This document shows, piece by piece, positions 1 to 9,227 of a DNA stretch of 64,000 nt. Source of the stretch: an uncultured virus (IMG/VR IMGVR_UViG_3300044970_001619) (lineage: Duplodnaviria > Heunggongvirae > Uroviricota > Caudoviricetes); the IMG/VR virus record IMGVR_UViG_3300044970_001619, positions 1 to 64,000 of that record; one strand, 5' to 3'. A model generated the notes under the pieces. It saw only the letters and a program-made list of their open reading frames with translations. It did not search any database and had not been told where the DNA came from. The first letter of the stretch is position 1; each line of letters begins with the position of its first letter. The position numbers were made by a program, and so were the translations under genes.

Positions 1-270
1 ATCTTCATCCTCATCACGAAACTTATACTGAATAATACCATTTGAACATTCTATAACCCTCAACAGAGCAATCTTGTCCTTCTCTGCGTCAGGTAGTGCT
101 TGAAATCTTGTGTCCCAGTCAATCATTTTTCCCATATAATTTGGTGCGAAAGTTTGTCTCTCAAAAAATTAATTCTTTCTTCATCATACTGCTGAAAGTT
201 TCCTTTCTTCTCTACTTTCTTATAATAGTGTAGAGCATTTATAATTATACCATAATCTTCTATTGTAATA

Positions 271-501
271 TCAATTTTCATAACTCAAATGAATAATCTT
301 TGATATATCTATTGTTGCGAAGAATGCCTGTAATCCTACAATATCCCAAGTTTTAATTTTAACACAGAACGGAACCATTGCCAATCCACCAATCAAACGA
401 AAATAACACCCCAACTTTACATCCACATAAAGAAGAATGAAGTATCCAACCAATAACAGAACACTACCAATAATACGAAGAGATGTTGCTGTTAATTTCA
501 T
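271..501 (-). CDS. small hypothetical membrane protein
   Basis: 76 aa hydrophobic ORF, coupled to neighbours. Confidence 0.65.
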   Translation of the reverse strand: MKLTATSLRIIGSVLLLVGYFILLYVDVKLGCYFRLIGGLAMVPFCVKIKTWDIVGLQAFFATIDISKIIHLSYEN

Positions 502-686
502 TACATTCTCATTTTTAATACTTCTGCCGTTACTTCTTGTTGTTTCATATACAACTTTAGCATACCTTTGAGTGAAATCTGTAGTTCTTCTACATTCTCA
601 CAATTATCAATATTTCTTGCTAATTTTTCATACTCAAACATCTTTGAGGGATTTGTGAGTATAATATCATCTGGATGTCCCGTCAT
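501..686 (-). CDS. small helical protein, possibly NblA-like (phycobilisome degradation family)
   Basis: 61 aa; LTNPSKMFEYEKLARNIDNC..VEELQ..LK.MLKLYMKQQ loosely resembles the NblA pattern; recalled similarity only. Confidence 0.45.
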   Translation of the reverse strand: MTGHPDDIILTNPSKMFEYEKLARNIDNCENVEELQISLKGMLKLYMKQQEVTAEVLKMRM

Positions 687-984
687 TTTTCTTATAAAAC
701 TCTATTTTAAGTTGAGAAATGAGTAAATCAACTTTATCTTCAATACGAGTAAGTCGTTCCTCAATAGTATCTATACGATACTCATCAATTGCTTCTTTTT
801 TAACTGAATACGGGTCAATCGTTGCCATAGTTCCTTGTAGTGAATTGAGTAGTTGTTCGTCAGTCATTTGTTTAAGGTAAGGAGTAGCATCCATCACACC
901 ATCTTTGATTGCTTGTCTAAAGGCATTACGCAATCCATCGGCAACTTCTTCGGGATGTTGTGGTTTTGGTTGAAATTCAGTCAT
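667..984 (-). CDS. hypothetical protein with C-terminal coiled coil
   Basis: 105 aa; IEERLTRIEDKVDLL heptads. Confidence 0.65.
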   Translation of the reverse strand: MTEFQPKPQHPEEVADGLRNAFRQAIKDGVMDATPYLKQMTDEQLLNSLQGTMATIDPYSVKKEAIDEYRIDTIEERLTRIEDKVDLLISQLKIEFYKKNDGTSR

Positions 985-1231
985 TATTCGTCAGTCCTGT
1001 TTGTTCTTCCAGTTTAGCATATTTCCCTCGCATAAAACCCTCATAGAACGATGCGTAAATCCATTTTCTCATCAGGTCTTCACGGGTCTTTGGGTCTTCA
1101 ACAGAACAATCTCCCGCAAACCATTCAACAGTCCAAGTCCATTCAGTATGATTTCCATAAAACCATTCGTTGAAGGATGTTTCAATCTCCTCAACAAACT
1201 CCCAGTCTTCTATTGGGTATTGTTTAGTCAT
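977..1231 (-). CDS. hypothetical protein
   Basis: 84 aa, start/stop overlaps with both neighbours. Confidence 0.65.
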   Translation of the reverse strand: MTKQYPIEDWEFVEEIETSFNEWFYGNHTEWTWTVEWFAGDCSVEDPKTREDLMRKWIYASFYEGFMRGKYAKLEEQTGLTNND

Positions 1232-1413
1232 AAGTCTAATGGTTGTTGTGGGTCTTTATACCATACTCTATCGTAGCACAACCATTTCTCTGTTTTGTGC
1301 TCCATTTGCGACATCCAATGAACCCCTTGAGCATCTACAGCATCAAGATAATGAATAGATGTCTTCGGGTCAATCACTCGTGATACTTGTGTGAATTTTA
1401 CTTTATTAGTCAT
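1228..1413 (-). CDS. hypothetical protein
   Basis: 61 aa, coupled. Confidence 0.6.
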   Translation of the reverse strand: MTNKVKFTQVSRVIDPKTSIHYLDAVDAQGVHWMSQMEHKTEKWLCYDRVWYKDPQQPLDL

Positions 1414-1633
1414 TTTCTTTCATACAAGGATACTCAAACTTTTCACCAATACATTCTAACATAGTGCGGGCAAAGGTAATCTCACCATAAGCACAACCAT
1501 CCTCAAAGGCATCATCATAACTACCAGCACTTGGAGTATAATCATCTCCAAATAGACCTTCATAGCAGTGTTTTACCTCTGCTACTTCTTTGAGAACCTT
1601 GAGGAGAAGATTGAGTTTTTCTTCGTTAGTCAT
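1406..1633 (-). CDS. hypothetical protein
   Basis: 75 aa, coupled. Confidence 0.6.
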   Translation of the reverse strand: MTNEEKLNLLLKVLKEVAEVKHCYEGLFGDDYTPSAGSYDDAFEDGCAYGEITFARTMLECIGEKFEYPCMKEND

Positions 1634-1779
1634 TGTAGAACATCAATAAGTTTGCTATACATCCAAGAGATTGTGAGTGCTTGTGCCCAAGTAAGAGAAA
1701 AGAAAGACACAAGTGCCCAACCCAATACTCCTACAAAAATATAAAATCCAATTGTTTCACCGATTTCTTCGTTAGTCAT
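1630..1779 (-). CDS. small membrane protein (49 aa, below the ORF-track cutoff)
   Basis: hand-translated MTNEEIGETIGFYIFVGVLGWALVSFFSLTWAQ...; ATGA overlaps at both ends. Confidence 0.55.
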   Translation of the reverse strand: MTNEEIGETIGFYIFVGVLGWALVSFFSLTWAQALTISWMYSKLIDVLQ

Positions 1780-2099
1780 TTCAGTTCTCCATAAGAAAGT
1801 GCTTTAATTTCTTCTCTATTCAAAGTTTTAACATAACCACGAGGATAGTCATTATCATAAGCATTAAAAACAAAAACAGGAATGTTTCGTTCTTTACAGA
1901 TTTGTTTGAACTTTTCTTCATCAAGTTCAAACTTACCAACATACTCAACATTTGGATACATATCCCAAGATGCTACAAGTCCTCCTGTATAATAACCCCA
2001 CTCAAACTCATCAAGTTCTTGAATGATTTGTTCTACATCTTGAATGTTCTCTGGATTGGTGTAGATGCGTCCGTATCCTTTGTAAGTGAAGGCAGTCAT
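1776..2099 (-). CDS. hypothetical protein
   Basis: likely start MTAFTYK after GGAG SD. Confidence 0.65.
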   Translation of the reverse strand: MTAFTYKGYGRIYTNPENIQDVEQIIQELDEFEWGYYTGGLVASWDMYPNVEYVGKFELDEEKFKQICKERNIPVFVFNAYDNDYPRGYVKTLNREEIKALSYGELK

Positions 2100-2100
2100 T

Positions 2101-2343
2101 TCAATCTCCAAGAACACCTGACCTTACACTTTCCACACCATCAACATATCCCCTATCATACTCATCACCTGCTCCAATATCATAACCAATACCATATGCT
2201 TTATCAGCAACTACAAGAGCAAACTTTACAGCAACCTCACGAAAGGCATTATTCATAGCACCAGTCATAACACCAGCACCAAGAGTATTCATTCCAAACT
2301 GGGTTCCATCACCCCAGAGTTCAATAAGTTCTTGTTCAGTCAT
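2101..2343 (-). CDS. hypothetical protein
   Basis: 80 aa, directly downstream of a palindrome/-10 promoter. Confidence 0.65.
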   Translation of the reverse strand: MTEQELIELWGDGTQFGMNTLGAGVMTGAMNNAFREVAVKFALVVADKAYGIGYDIGAGDEYDRGYVDGVESVRSGVLGD

Positions 2344-2366
2344 AAGGTATCTGTGTGTATGAGAGT

Positions 2367-2423
2367 ATTATAAGGCATCCAGAGGGTTTATGGAGTGTCC
2401 TTGTGCCAGTTCTTCAACTGTCC
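2367..2423 (-). promoter_or_regulatory. early promoter: palindrome plus TATAAT (one of 12 copies in the window)
   Basis: GTGCCAGTT-CTTC-AACTGTCC at 2403-2423; TATAAT (minus) at 2367-2372. Confidence 0.75.
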
Positions 2424-2517
2424 TTACACCGATGTAATGGAATACGAAGAAACTGAAAGAGCCTTCCAGTCCATCCTATCTGTTCTCCGCATTTAGGGCA
2501 ACAATAAGATGGGTGGG

Positions 2518-2721
2518 TCATCCTCCCAAATCTCCACTCACTACAATAGGTTCTACATCACCACAGACAACTTCTGCGTTCATATTCTCCATAATAATAG
2601 ACACCTTATCCATAACTCTTTCTCTGGTTTCTTGTGTCCAAATACTATTTCCAACGACACTCAAACTTTTATAAAGAGTATTATGAATTACCATAAGGTC
2701 TGCTGCTGATAGTTTAGTCAT
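2518..2721 (-). CDS. hypothetical protein
   Basis: likely start MTKLSAADL overlapping the upstream stop. Confidence 0.55.
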   Translation of the reverse strand: MTKLSAADLMVIHNTLYKSLSVVGNSIWTQETRERVMDKVSIIMENMNAEVVCGDVEPIVVSGDLGG

Positions 2722-2932
2722 TTTTCTCATCCACCCAATCATCATAATAATATCCATAAGAACCTCCACCACTATGATTTTTACATAGCATATTACTACA
2801 AGAAAACCAATAGTCAAAGTTTTTACTTTCTGGTCGCAATTCCAAAAGAGATTGATTACACAGGTATTCTAACACAGGATTTTCACAATCGGTGCATTTA
2901 CCAACAACACCCAAACAATCTGGTGGTTTCAT
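2714..2932 (-). CDS. small Cys-rich, possibly zinc-binding protein
   Basis: CTDC...CSNMLC. Confidence 0.55.
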   Translation of the reverse strand: MKPPDCLGVVGKCTDCENPVLEYLCNQSLLELRPESKNFDYWFSCSNMLCKNHSGGGSYGYYYDDWVDEKND

Positions 2933-3165
2933 CGTATCCCAGTATCAAAGAGGTTTTTGAGTTCGTGATAAACAAGCACCAGTTCTTTATCAGGTGTTAG
3001 ACATCCACTATCCCTTTCAGTTCGTAGAAATTGGTAGAGTTCTTTTGCTTGTTCCTCTGTGAGAGCAAGATGGTAAGTTTTACTGATTTTAATCATTTTA
3101 GTTTCTCCATAAACAGTAAGATTTTTGCCAAATAGTTGGTCCCAATCAGATTCATCGAGGGACAT
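2929..3165 (-). CDS. hypothetical protein
   Basis: 78 aa, AGGAG SD, downstream of a palindrome promoter. Confidence 0.6.
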   Translation of the reverse strand: MSLDESDWDQLFGKNLTVYGETKMIKISKTYHLALTEEQAKELYQFLRTERDSGCLTPDKELVLVYHELKNLFDTGIR

Positions 3166-3191
3166 TTGAGTTCTCCTTTGTTTGTCCTACT

Positions 3192-3249
3192 ATTATAAGG
3201 CATCACAGACCACTCTGGATGCCCTCTTGTGCCAGTTCTTCAAGTGTCC
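3192..3249 (-). promoter_or_regulatory. early promoter: palindrome plus TATAAT
   Basis: GTGCCAGTT-CTTC-AAGTGTCC at 3229-3249; -10 at 3192-3197. Confidence 0.75.
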
Positions 3250-3873
3250 TCCTTTACAGATTTTTCCACAATCTCTAATAATTTTTTAGGAGTAATGGAA
3301 CGAAGTGCTTCATTTTCTTTTCGCAATCTTTCAACTTCCTTTCTAATTTGTTTGTTGTCTTCTCTAATTTGATTGGTTTCTTCTCTAAAACCAGACAACC
3401 AATCAGTCATAATACATTTCCTCCTCATATTTTACATAATCACTTTGAAGATAGTTAAAGAACTCTCCGTCTTCACTTCTCATAGTATAGCACCATTCAT
3501 CAAAGATTTCCCAAATCCAATACCACCCAGAATGGAGTTTCTCAAAGAAGTTCATAGGACGATTGTAGAGTTTAGTCATTTTTCTTCCCGATTACTAATA
3601 AAAACTTTGAGAGTTCTTCCGTCATCCTGAAAGGACAACTCTACCTTATTATTGTCGTCCCAATTTACATAAGACCTTCCATCTTGGTCAATCACTTCTA
3701 CACGGGTTACTTTATCAGTTGAGTAATCAGTCATTCTTCATCCTCATTATAAAACTCATCCCAATCAGGATGAGGCATACCAGCAAGCACCATTTCACCA
3801 CATTCAGGGCAGTGAAACATACCAATAGGAGTATCTTTGTAGATGTCTGCTGTTGGGTCAAAAGTGCATTTAG

Positions 3874-4083
3874 TCATTTCAAGTTATCCATAAGAAACTG
3901 TTTGTAATCACCTTGTCCGTTATAATAGTTGGAATTATACTCTTTCCAACTATCTTCATCTTCTGTGGTTTCGGGCAACCACTCCTTTAGTAGTTTTATC
4001 ATTTCTATGACAAACCTTGGGTCGTGTAGTCCTCCCGTTTTTTTAAGATAATAGAAAAAGAAAGATTCTTTTTTTATACTCAT
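3874..4083 (-). CDS. hypothetical protein
   Basis: 69 aa, coupled. Confidence 0.55.
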   Translation of the reverse strand: MSIKKESFFFYYLKKTGGLHDPRFVIEMIKLLKEWLPETTEDEDSWKEYNSNYYNGQGDYKQFLMDNLK

Positions 4084-4325
4084 TTTTTCACCTCACATAA
4101 AGGGAAAACTCTCATACTACTTATAAACCCTGCTTTTGTATATTTGTCTTTATAATCTGCTGCGAATACTTTTGCTTCTTCTTTGGTTTCAAAAACTCCA
4201 AAGTATCTATGAAGTCCCTCTACACCTTCATATTTGTTATAAAGTCCCACTATCCACTTATGAGAATGTTCTGGGTAGGTGTCGTTTTCATCAATCCAGT
4301 CGTAGTATGCGTCCTTATTCATCAC
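4080..4325 (-). CDS. hypothetical protein
   Basis: 81 aa; G.FETKEEA motif shared with 4585-4815. Confidence 0.65.
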   Translation of the reverse strand: MMNKDAYYDWIDENDTYPEHSHKWIVGLYNKYEGVEGLHRYFGVFETKEEAKVFAADYKDKYTKAGFISSMRVFPLCEVKK

Positions 4326-4588
4326 TCATTCTCTCCAAACCCATCAAAGTATTCAGTAAAAAAGTTAAAACTCAAACCAACCTTACCAACTTGAAAATCT
4401 ACTCCAAGAAAAGAAGTAGAAGTGAAAAATGAGAGTAGGATGTGTAATCCACCATTACTATGAACTAAAGCACTGGGATTTTCATAATTCACCCACAGAA
4501 GTGAATGATTTTTGAGAATACCAAACTGCCAAGTATGTGAGGTTTCACCATTATCCCATATTTTCTTATCGTATTGAAAGAGTTTCAC
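4322..4588 (-). CDS. hypothetical protein
   Basis: 88 aa, coupled. Confidence 0.6.
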   Translation of the reverse strand: MKLFQYDKKIWDNGETSHTWQFGILKNHSLLWVNYENPSALVHSNGGLHILLSFFTSTSFLGVDFQVGKVGLSFNFFTEYFDGFGENE

Positions 4589-4815
4589 TGTGGGTCTCCA
4601 ATAAGTCCAGTAGGTCCAAAAGTATCAAATGTAGTATCTTCCATCCACTCCCTCAAATCAACAATCTCATACCAGTCATATCTATACTTTGTTTTTGATA
4701 ATAGTTCTTCCCATTTTTCTTGTGCTTCCTCTTTAGTTTCATAACAAGCAATCCAATCACCAGTATAAGCAGAAGGGTAATAGTTGTCCCCAGCAATCAA
4801 AAGATAAGGTTTCAT
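4585..4815 (-). CDS. hypothetical protein
   Basis: 76 aa; YLLIAGDNYYP...YETKEEA...DWYEIVDL. Confidence 0.65.
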   Translation of the reverse strand: MKPYLLIAGDNYYPSAYTGDWIACYETKEEAQEKWEELLSKTKYRYDWYEIVDLREWMEDTTFDTFGPTGLIGDPQ

Positions 4816-5090
4816 AGCAACTCCATTTTACATTTACCATTCACATCATAAACCACTTTGACTTGATAATCTACTGACATATCTGCTCTCCACATAGCAT
4901 CTTTGAACTCTTGTGTTTCTTTTTCTGGGTATTTGGGAACAAGTTTGAAGTTCTCATCATACTCATTACAATTTACATCACCAAGATAATGGAGATTTAG
5001 ATAACGACGGAGTTGTTGTCTTTGTTCGTGGTCAAGTTGAATTCTTACAAATGTGATGAATTCGTTTGATACTGGGAGTTCTTCAGTCAT
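4812..5090 (-). CDS. hypothetical protein
   Basis: 92 aa, coupled. Confidence 0.6.
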   Translation of the reverse strand: MTEELPVSNEFITFVRIQLDHEQRQQLRRYLNLHYLGDVNCNEYDENFKLVPKYPEKETQEFKDAMWRADMSVDYQVKVVYDVNGKCKMELL

Positions 5091-5344
5091 TCTTCATCCT
5101 CCTCTTCATCACCTTCCCAGTCAATCTCAACGGTTTCAAACTGTTCTACATTAGTGTAAGGCATAGGATTTGCAGGTCCTCCCATCTCATAATGGATTTT
5201 ATCAAACAATTCATTAAGCACTAAACTCTCAAATCCTTCTTGGTCTGGATAATCCTCCCAGTCCTCAAACATTTCAGTTGTGGGAGCAACTGTGAGAGTT
5301 CGGGTGTATGTAACTGTGATTGCTTTGAGTTGGATTTTAGTCAT
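5087..5344 (-). CDS. acidic hypothetical protein
   Basis: 85 aa, coupled. Confidence 0.6.
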   Translation of the reverse strand: MTKIQLKAITVTYTRTLTVAPTTEMFEDWEDYPDQEGFESLVLNELFDKIHYEMGGPANPMPYTNVEQFETVEIDWEGDEEEDEE

Positions 5345-5682
5345 TTCAGTTCAAAATACCAAGAGTGTAAAGTTGTCGTTCAATCCTCTCACTTGGAGAA
5401 CCAGTAAAGGCACCAACAAGTTCAGGATTTAGGTAATCAAGTTTTTGAGCAAGTTCCCAACATTTCTCAATTTCTTGTTGATACTCTTTGAGAAGTTCTT
5501 CTTGTTCAATCATTCTTCATCCTCACAAGGGAACATTTCGTTGTATGCTTCATCAGTCAACACAAGATACTCTACATTTTCAGCATCTTTGTGGTCTTCG
5601 TAATACACACTACGGTAATGATTGAAGTCGTTGAGGTCTGTGCTGCCGTATTCTACGACACCATCAACAAGGCAAAGGTAGT

Positions 5683-5883
5683 TCATCGCATTTCAGTCAG
5701 GACTTCAATAAAATCAATAATACAATCTTTGGGAATGTGAAGAGTTTGTCCCGTTTTTGTTTCTTGAATACCGTGTGTTTCATAAGAAGAAACCTCAATA
5801 CAACCTTCACCATCATCAGTAAATTGGTAAAACCAACCATCTTCGTGGTGAATACGGATTTCTTTGGTGATTTGGTAAGTCAT
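5683..5883 (-). CDS. hypothetical protein
   Basis: 66 aa, GAGG SD, downstream of a palindrome promoter. Confidence 0.6.
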   Translation of the reverse strand: MTYQITKEIRIHHEDGWFYQFTDDGEGCIEVSSYETHGIQETKTGQTLHIPKDCIIDFIEVLTEMR

Positions 5884-5909
5884 CAGCAGTCCTCTGTGTG
5901 TATGAGAGT

Positions 5910-5967
5910 ATTATAGACCAAAAAGGGCACCTGTGGAGATGCCCTGTGCCAGTTTCTCAACTGACCC
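5910..5967 (-). promoter_or_regulatory. early promoter: palindrome plus TATAAT
   Basis: GTGCCAGTT-TCTC-AACTGACCC at 5946-5967; -10 at 5910-5915. Confidence 0.75.
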
Positions 5968-6394
5968 TTTCCAGTTTAGCAAGTGGTTCAGTTCCCCATT
6001 TCATAGGTAAATCAAAATCCACAGTGATAGGCATCTCATTTCTGGAAACATTTTCATTCTCAATAATGCCCTGTTCTACTGCCCTTTCCACAGAAAGTTT
6101 CCTACGAATGACCCGATGAAGGTCATAAAGAATACCATTACTTTCTGGAAGGTTTGGATGTCCTACTCCAAGTGAGGAAGCACCACCATCAATACCATCA
6201 ATCATATGTTTGGATAGAATTGCTCCAATAATTTTCATATCCTGATGAAATTCCTCATAATCAATTGGTTTTTGAAGAGGTAGATTATCTTGAATTTCTC
6301 TCCACTGACCAAGTTGAACTCTTTGAAGCAAATCAGTAGCATCTACAAGTGCTCGTGCCTGCTTTTCAGTGATGGTGAGATTGTAGGTTTTCAT
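5957..6394 (-). CDS. hypothetical protein
   Basis: 145 aa ORF. Confidence 0.7.
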   Translation of the reverse strand: MKTYNLTITEKQARALVDATDLLQRVQLGQWREIQDNLPLQKPIDYEEFHQDMKIIGAILSKHMIDGIDGGASSLGVGHPNLPESNGILYDLHRVIRRKLSVERAVEQGIIENENVSRNEMPITVDFDLPMKWGTEPLAKLERVS

Positions 6395-6582
6395 TGATTT
6401 TCAATAATGATTTTGATTTGTTTGAGGTCTTCTATTCGTTGTTTAGTAAGGTCGTATTGTTCAGTATACCAATCAAGATTATTGTTCTCATAATTGGTTT
6501 CCTCTCTGATGTCCCATTCAAGACATTGTAGGTGTCCTTCTTGGTCTTGTATGAAGTAGTTGAGAGTATCAAGGAGTGACAT
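6391..6582 (-). CDS. hypothetical protein
   Basis: 63 aa, coupled. Confidence 0.55.
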   Translation of the reverse strand: MSLLDTLNYFIQDQEGHLQCLEWDIREETNYENNNLDWYTEQYDLTKQRIEDLKQIKIIIENQ

Positions 6583-6853
6583 TTTCAGGAACAGGAGGAG
6601 GAGGTGTTACTGGTGGCAGTATAGCAGGTTGTGGTGCTACTGTTTGAACTGTAGGTGGTGGAAGTTTGACTGGTTCTGGAGCAACTTGTGGTTGTTGTGC
6701 TTGGTCAAGTTTCTTTTCCAACTCCATTACCTTTTGGTCTAATGGACTCAAAGGAACTTCTTTTTGTGAATCTGCAAGTTTCCAACCAGTTGCTCCAGCA
6801 GCAAAGATACTTGCGAGAGCAGCAAAGACTGAAATTGTTTTAGAAAAACTCAT
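6569..6853 (-). CDS. membrane-anchored Pro-rich protein
   Basis: N-terminal signal/TM segment, coiled coil, Pro-rich tail. Confidence 0.7.
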   Translation of the reverse strand: MSFSKTISVFAALASIFAAGATGWKLADSQKEVPLSPLDQKVMELEKKLDQAQQPQVAPEPVKLPPPTVQTVAPQPAILPPVTPPPPVPENVTP

Positions 6854-7010
6854 TTTGGATCAGCAAGTTTGTAAGGGAACTCTTCATCCGACAACTCATA
6901 ATACAGCAGTCGGGCAAAGATAATATGAGGTTTGTCATTACATTCAATTGCGGAACTGGTTGCCACCGTCCATATAATATCCAGTTCTTTTTTATCAGGT
7001 AGTTTCTTTA

Positions 7011-7322
7011 TCATCCAACTACTCTCCAACAAATAGTTGCATTTCCATTATTAACATTTGCAATCTTACGAAATGCTCCATAACTCATATCCATATCAGC
7101 GTGAGAATATGGACCTCTATCAGTCACGGTCACATAAACTTGTTTCATATTGTCTTGATTTGTAATCCGAAGTCGTGTTCCAAACTTAAGATAAGGATGG
7201 GCTACGGTATGGGCATAAGCATCAAATCTTTTTCCTGATGCAGTTCTCTGACCATCAAAACCATCACCTACTCCATAGTAAGTTGCAATTCCACAAGTCA
7301 GTCCAGCAATCAATCCAATCAT
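7011..7322 (-). CDS. RlpA-like double-psi beta-barrel (lytic transglycosylase family) protein
   Basis: GIATYYG..FDGQRTASGKRFD...AHPYLKFGTRLRITN...V.VTDRGPY. Confidence 0.85.
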   Translation of the reverse strand: MIGLIAGLTCGIATYYGVGDGFDGQRTASGKRFDAYAHTVAHPYLKFGTRLRITNQDNMKQVYVTVTDRGPYSHADMDMSYGAFRKIANVNNGNATICWRVVG

Positions 7323-7681
7323 TCTTTGTCCAACTCCTCATCAAGTTTCAAATCATCAATCAAATTACCTACAAGGTCATCAAGGTCATCAAACATTTCT
7401 TTGGTGAATGGAATCAGTTTCTCTTCACCTCTATCAATTCTATCACACATTTCCATCAGGTATTCAAGAAACTCTTTGGGATATGTTTCATCTAGATTGA
7501 TAGAAGTCCAGAACCAATTATAACATTCTTCATATGGGTCATCATTTTTTAAAAGAGCATAGTCCTTATAGTTTCCACTGATGAGGTCTCTCCACATCTT
7601 GAAATTGTTCCAGATTTCTCTCCAACCAGTCTGAAAGCAGTGTCCAAAATAATACTCAAACCAGTTCAGTTTCGTCTTCAT
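7319..7681 (-). CDS. hypothetical protein
   Basis: 120 aa ORF. Confidence 0.7.
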   Translation of the reverse strand: MKTKLNWFEYYFGHCFQTGWREIWNNFKMWRDLISGNYKDYALLKNDDPYEECYNWFWTSINLDETYPKEFLEYLMEMCDRIDRGEEKLIPFTKEMFDDLDDLVGNLIDDLKLDEELDKE

Positions 7682-7946
7682 CTATCTCTTCCAATCGTTC
7701 CCAGTTCCAAGTGTACTCAATAAAACCAATATCAAATCCAAATTTATATGCCCAGAAAATAATACTCAAAAGACTACCAGTTCCAGATTTGATTTGAATG
7801 TAAGGCCAACCAGGAAAGTCATTCCAAGAAATCGATGCCTGAAGAAGTGCCCAACGGTCTGTAAAAAATAGTTGTATATACCACTCGTGCCCAAAGTCTT
7901 CACGATGAGACCATTTAGCAACTTGAAAAAATTTAATTGGTTTCAT
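7656..7946 (-). CDS. hypothetical aromatic-rich protein
   Basis: likely start MKPIKFF overlapping the upstream stop. Confidence 0.6.
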   Translation of the reverse strand: MKPIKFFQVAKWSHREDFGHEWYIQLFFTDRWALLQASISWNDFPGWPYIQIKSGTGSLLSIIFWAYKFGFDIGFIEYTWNWERLEEIDEDETELV

Positions 7947-8149
7947 TTTACAATTTTCCAATGTTCGTTTCCTTCTTTTGGCAACCACATAAAGTATTTA
8001 CGGTTGATAGAAGCAAGAAAAATAAGATTGTCCTTCTCTTGCTCCACTACACAACCGTGAAGACTATCCATAATATTCACAAACCTGTTTTTTGCTTTTG
8101 AAGAAACAGGTTCCACATTTACCATTTTACGTTTCACTTTTGTTGTCAT
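7943..8149 (-). CDS. hypothetical protein
   Basis: 68 aa, coupled. Confidence 0.65.
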   Translation of the reverse strand: MTTKVKRKMVNVEPVSSKAKNRFVNIMDSLHGCVVEQEKDNLIFLASINRKYFMWLPKEGNEHWKIVK

Positions 8150-8550
8150 TTGTTCATTTGCAGAGTAGGAACAGGCATACCATTTTCTGTAGGAACATAA
8201 ATGGTTACATTACCATTCTTGCTACCATCTTCCAGTCCAGTGATATAAAGATATTGAAGATACTCACGATTATCTTTCAGTGAATCACCAATGATTTGGT
8301 TTGCTTTTGCAACACCAGTGGCACGAATCACTTCAGCATCGGCAAGTTGTTGTGCAGAATCTTTCTTTGCTTGTGCTTCAAGAACTGCAACTTGACGGGT
8401 ATATTCTGCTTTCTGAAGTTCTGCTTTACCTGCAAGGGATTGTGCCCATACATTATAGATCGGACCAACAACAGCATTGATAATTACCAGAGAGACGAGG
8501 AAAGAAACGCCAATGATACTAGCGTTACGAAGAGTGTTATCAGGTTTCAT
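8146..8550 (-). CDS. membrane protein resembling the SPFH/band-7 coiled-coil C-terminus
   Basis: TM helix followed by AE.IRA.G.AKANQIIGDSL...YLQYL. Confidence 0.7.
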   Translation of the reverse strand: MKPDNTLRNASIIGVSFLVSLVIINAVVGPIYNVWAQSLAGKAELQKAEYTRQVAVLEAQAKKDSAQQLADAEVIRATGVAKANQIIGDSLKDNREYLQYLYITGLEDGSKNGNVTIYVPTENGMPVPTLQMNK

Positions 8551-8738
8551 TTTGAAGAGACTCCAGTGTTTTTGAAAATCATATTAGCAAGAACTACAAT
8601 AGCAAGATTTTGCCAAATAGTCAAAGAAACATTAAACCAAGACAGAATCAGTCCAAGCAACCATGCTTCAAAGAATAGGAAGACAACTGCAAAAACAATC
8701 GCACCAAAAGCAACACCAAGAGCAGTAGAAGTTTTCAT
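8547..8738 (-). CDS. small membrane protein
   Basis: 63 aa hydrophobic. Confidence 0.65.
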   Translation of the reverse strand: MKTSTALGVAFGAIVFAVVFLFFEAWLLGLILSWFNVSLTIWQNLAIVVLANMIFKNTGVSSK

Positions 8739-8741
8739 ATA

Positions 8742-9146
8742 TCAAACCGCAAGGGCACCAGAAGGAATTTCAACAACTGTGGGATAATCATTCTCATTAA
8801 GAGCATAACATACCCACTCATCATTCAGAGTGTAGAGATAGGCATACTCTTCACCCTCGGCAAGATAATCATACTTATTTGCATCGTGCCGAGGAGGACA
8901 ATCATCACCACGATAAGAGTAATAATTAGGACCATACTCAGATGGAGTTCCATCATAATTAAATGGAGTATCAGTCCAGCAAGAACTCATATCACCACCA
9001 TCAATCAGTTCTGCAACTTTCTCTCTGGTATTGTAGTGAGTATTCAGAATACGACCCAACCAAGAAGGCATCCCGTCCCAATGATGATACACAGAGAGAA
9101 CAGACTCATCAGAAAGTTGGATTCCAATTCGAGAACGTGTTGCCAT
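8742..9146 (-). CDS. conserved phage protein (MATRSRIG...YxHWDGxP type)
   Basis: 134 aa; motif pattern recalled from phage hypotheticals. Confidence 0.75.
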   Translation of the reverse strand: MATRSRIGIQLSDESVLSVYHHWDGMPSWLGRILNTHYNTREKVAELIDGGDMSSCWTDTPFNYDGTPSEYGPNYYSYRGDDCPPRHDANKYDYLAEGEEYAYLYTLNDEWVCYALNENDYPTVVEIPSGALAV

Positions 9147-9169
9147 AGATTTCCGTTGATTACCTTTGT

Positions 9170-9227
9170 ATTATAGCAGGTCTGCAAGGGCATTGGAGGT
9201 ATTGTGTGCCAGTTCAGAAACTAGCAC
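9170..9227 (-). promoter_or_regulatory. early promoter embedded in the 3' end of the methyltransferase gene
   Basis: GTGCCAGTT-CAGA-AACTAGCAC at 9206-9227; TATAAT at 9170-9175. Confidence 0.7.
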
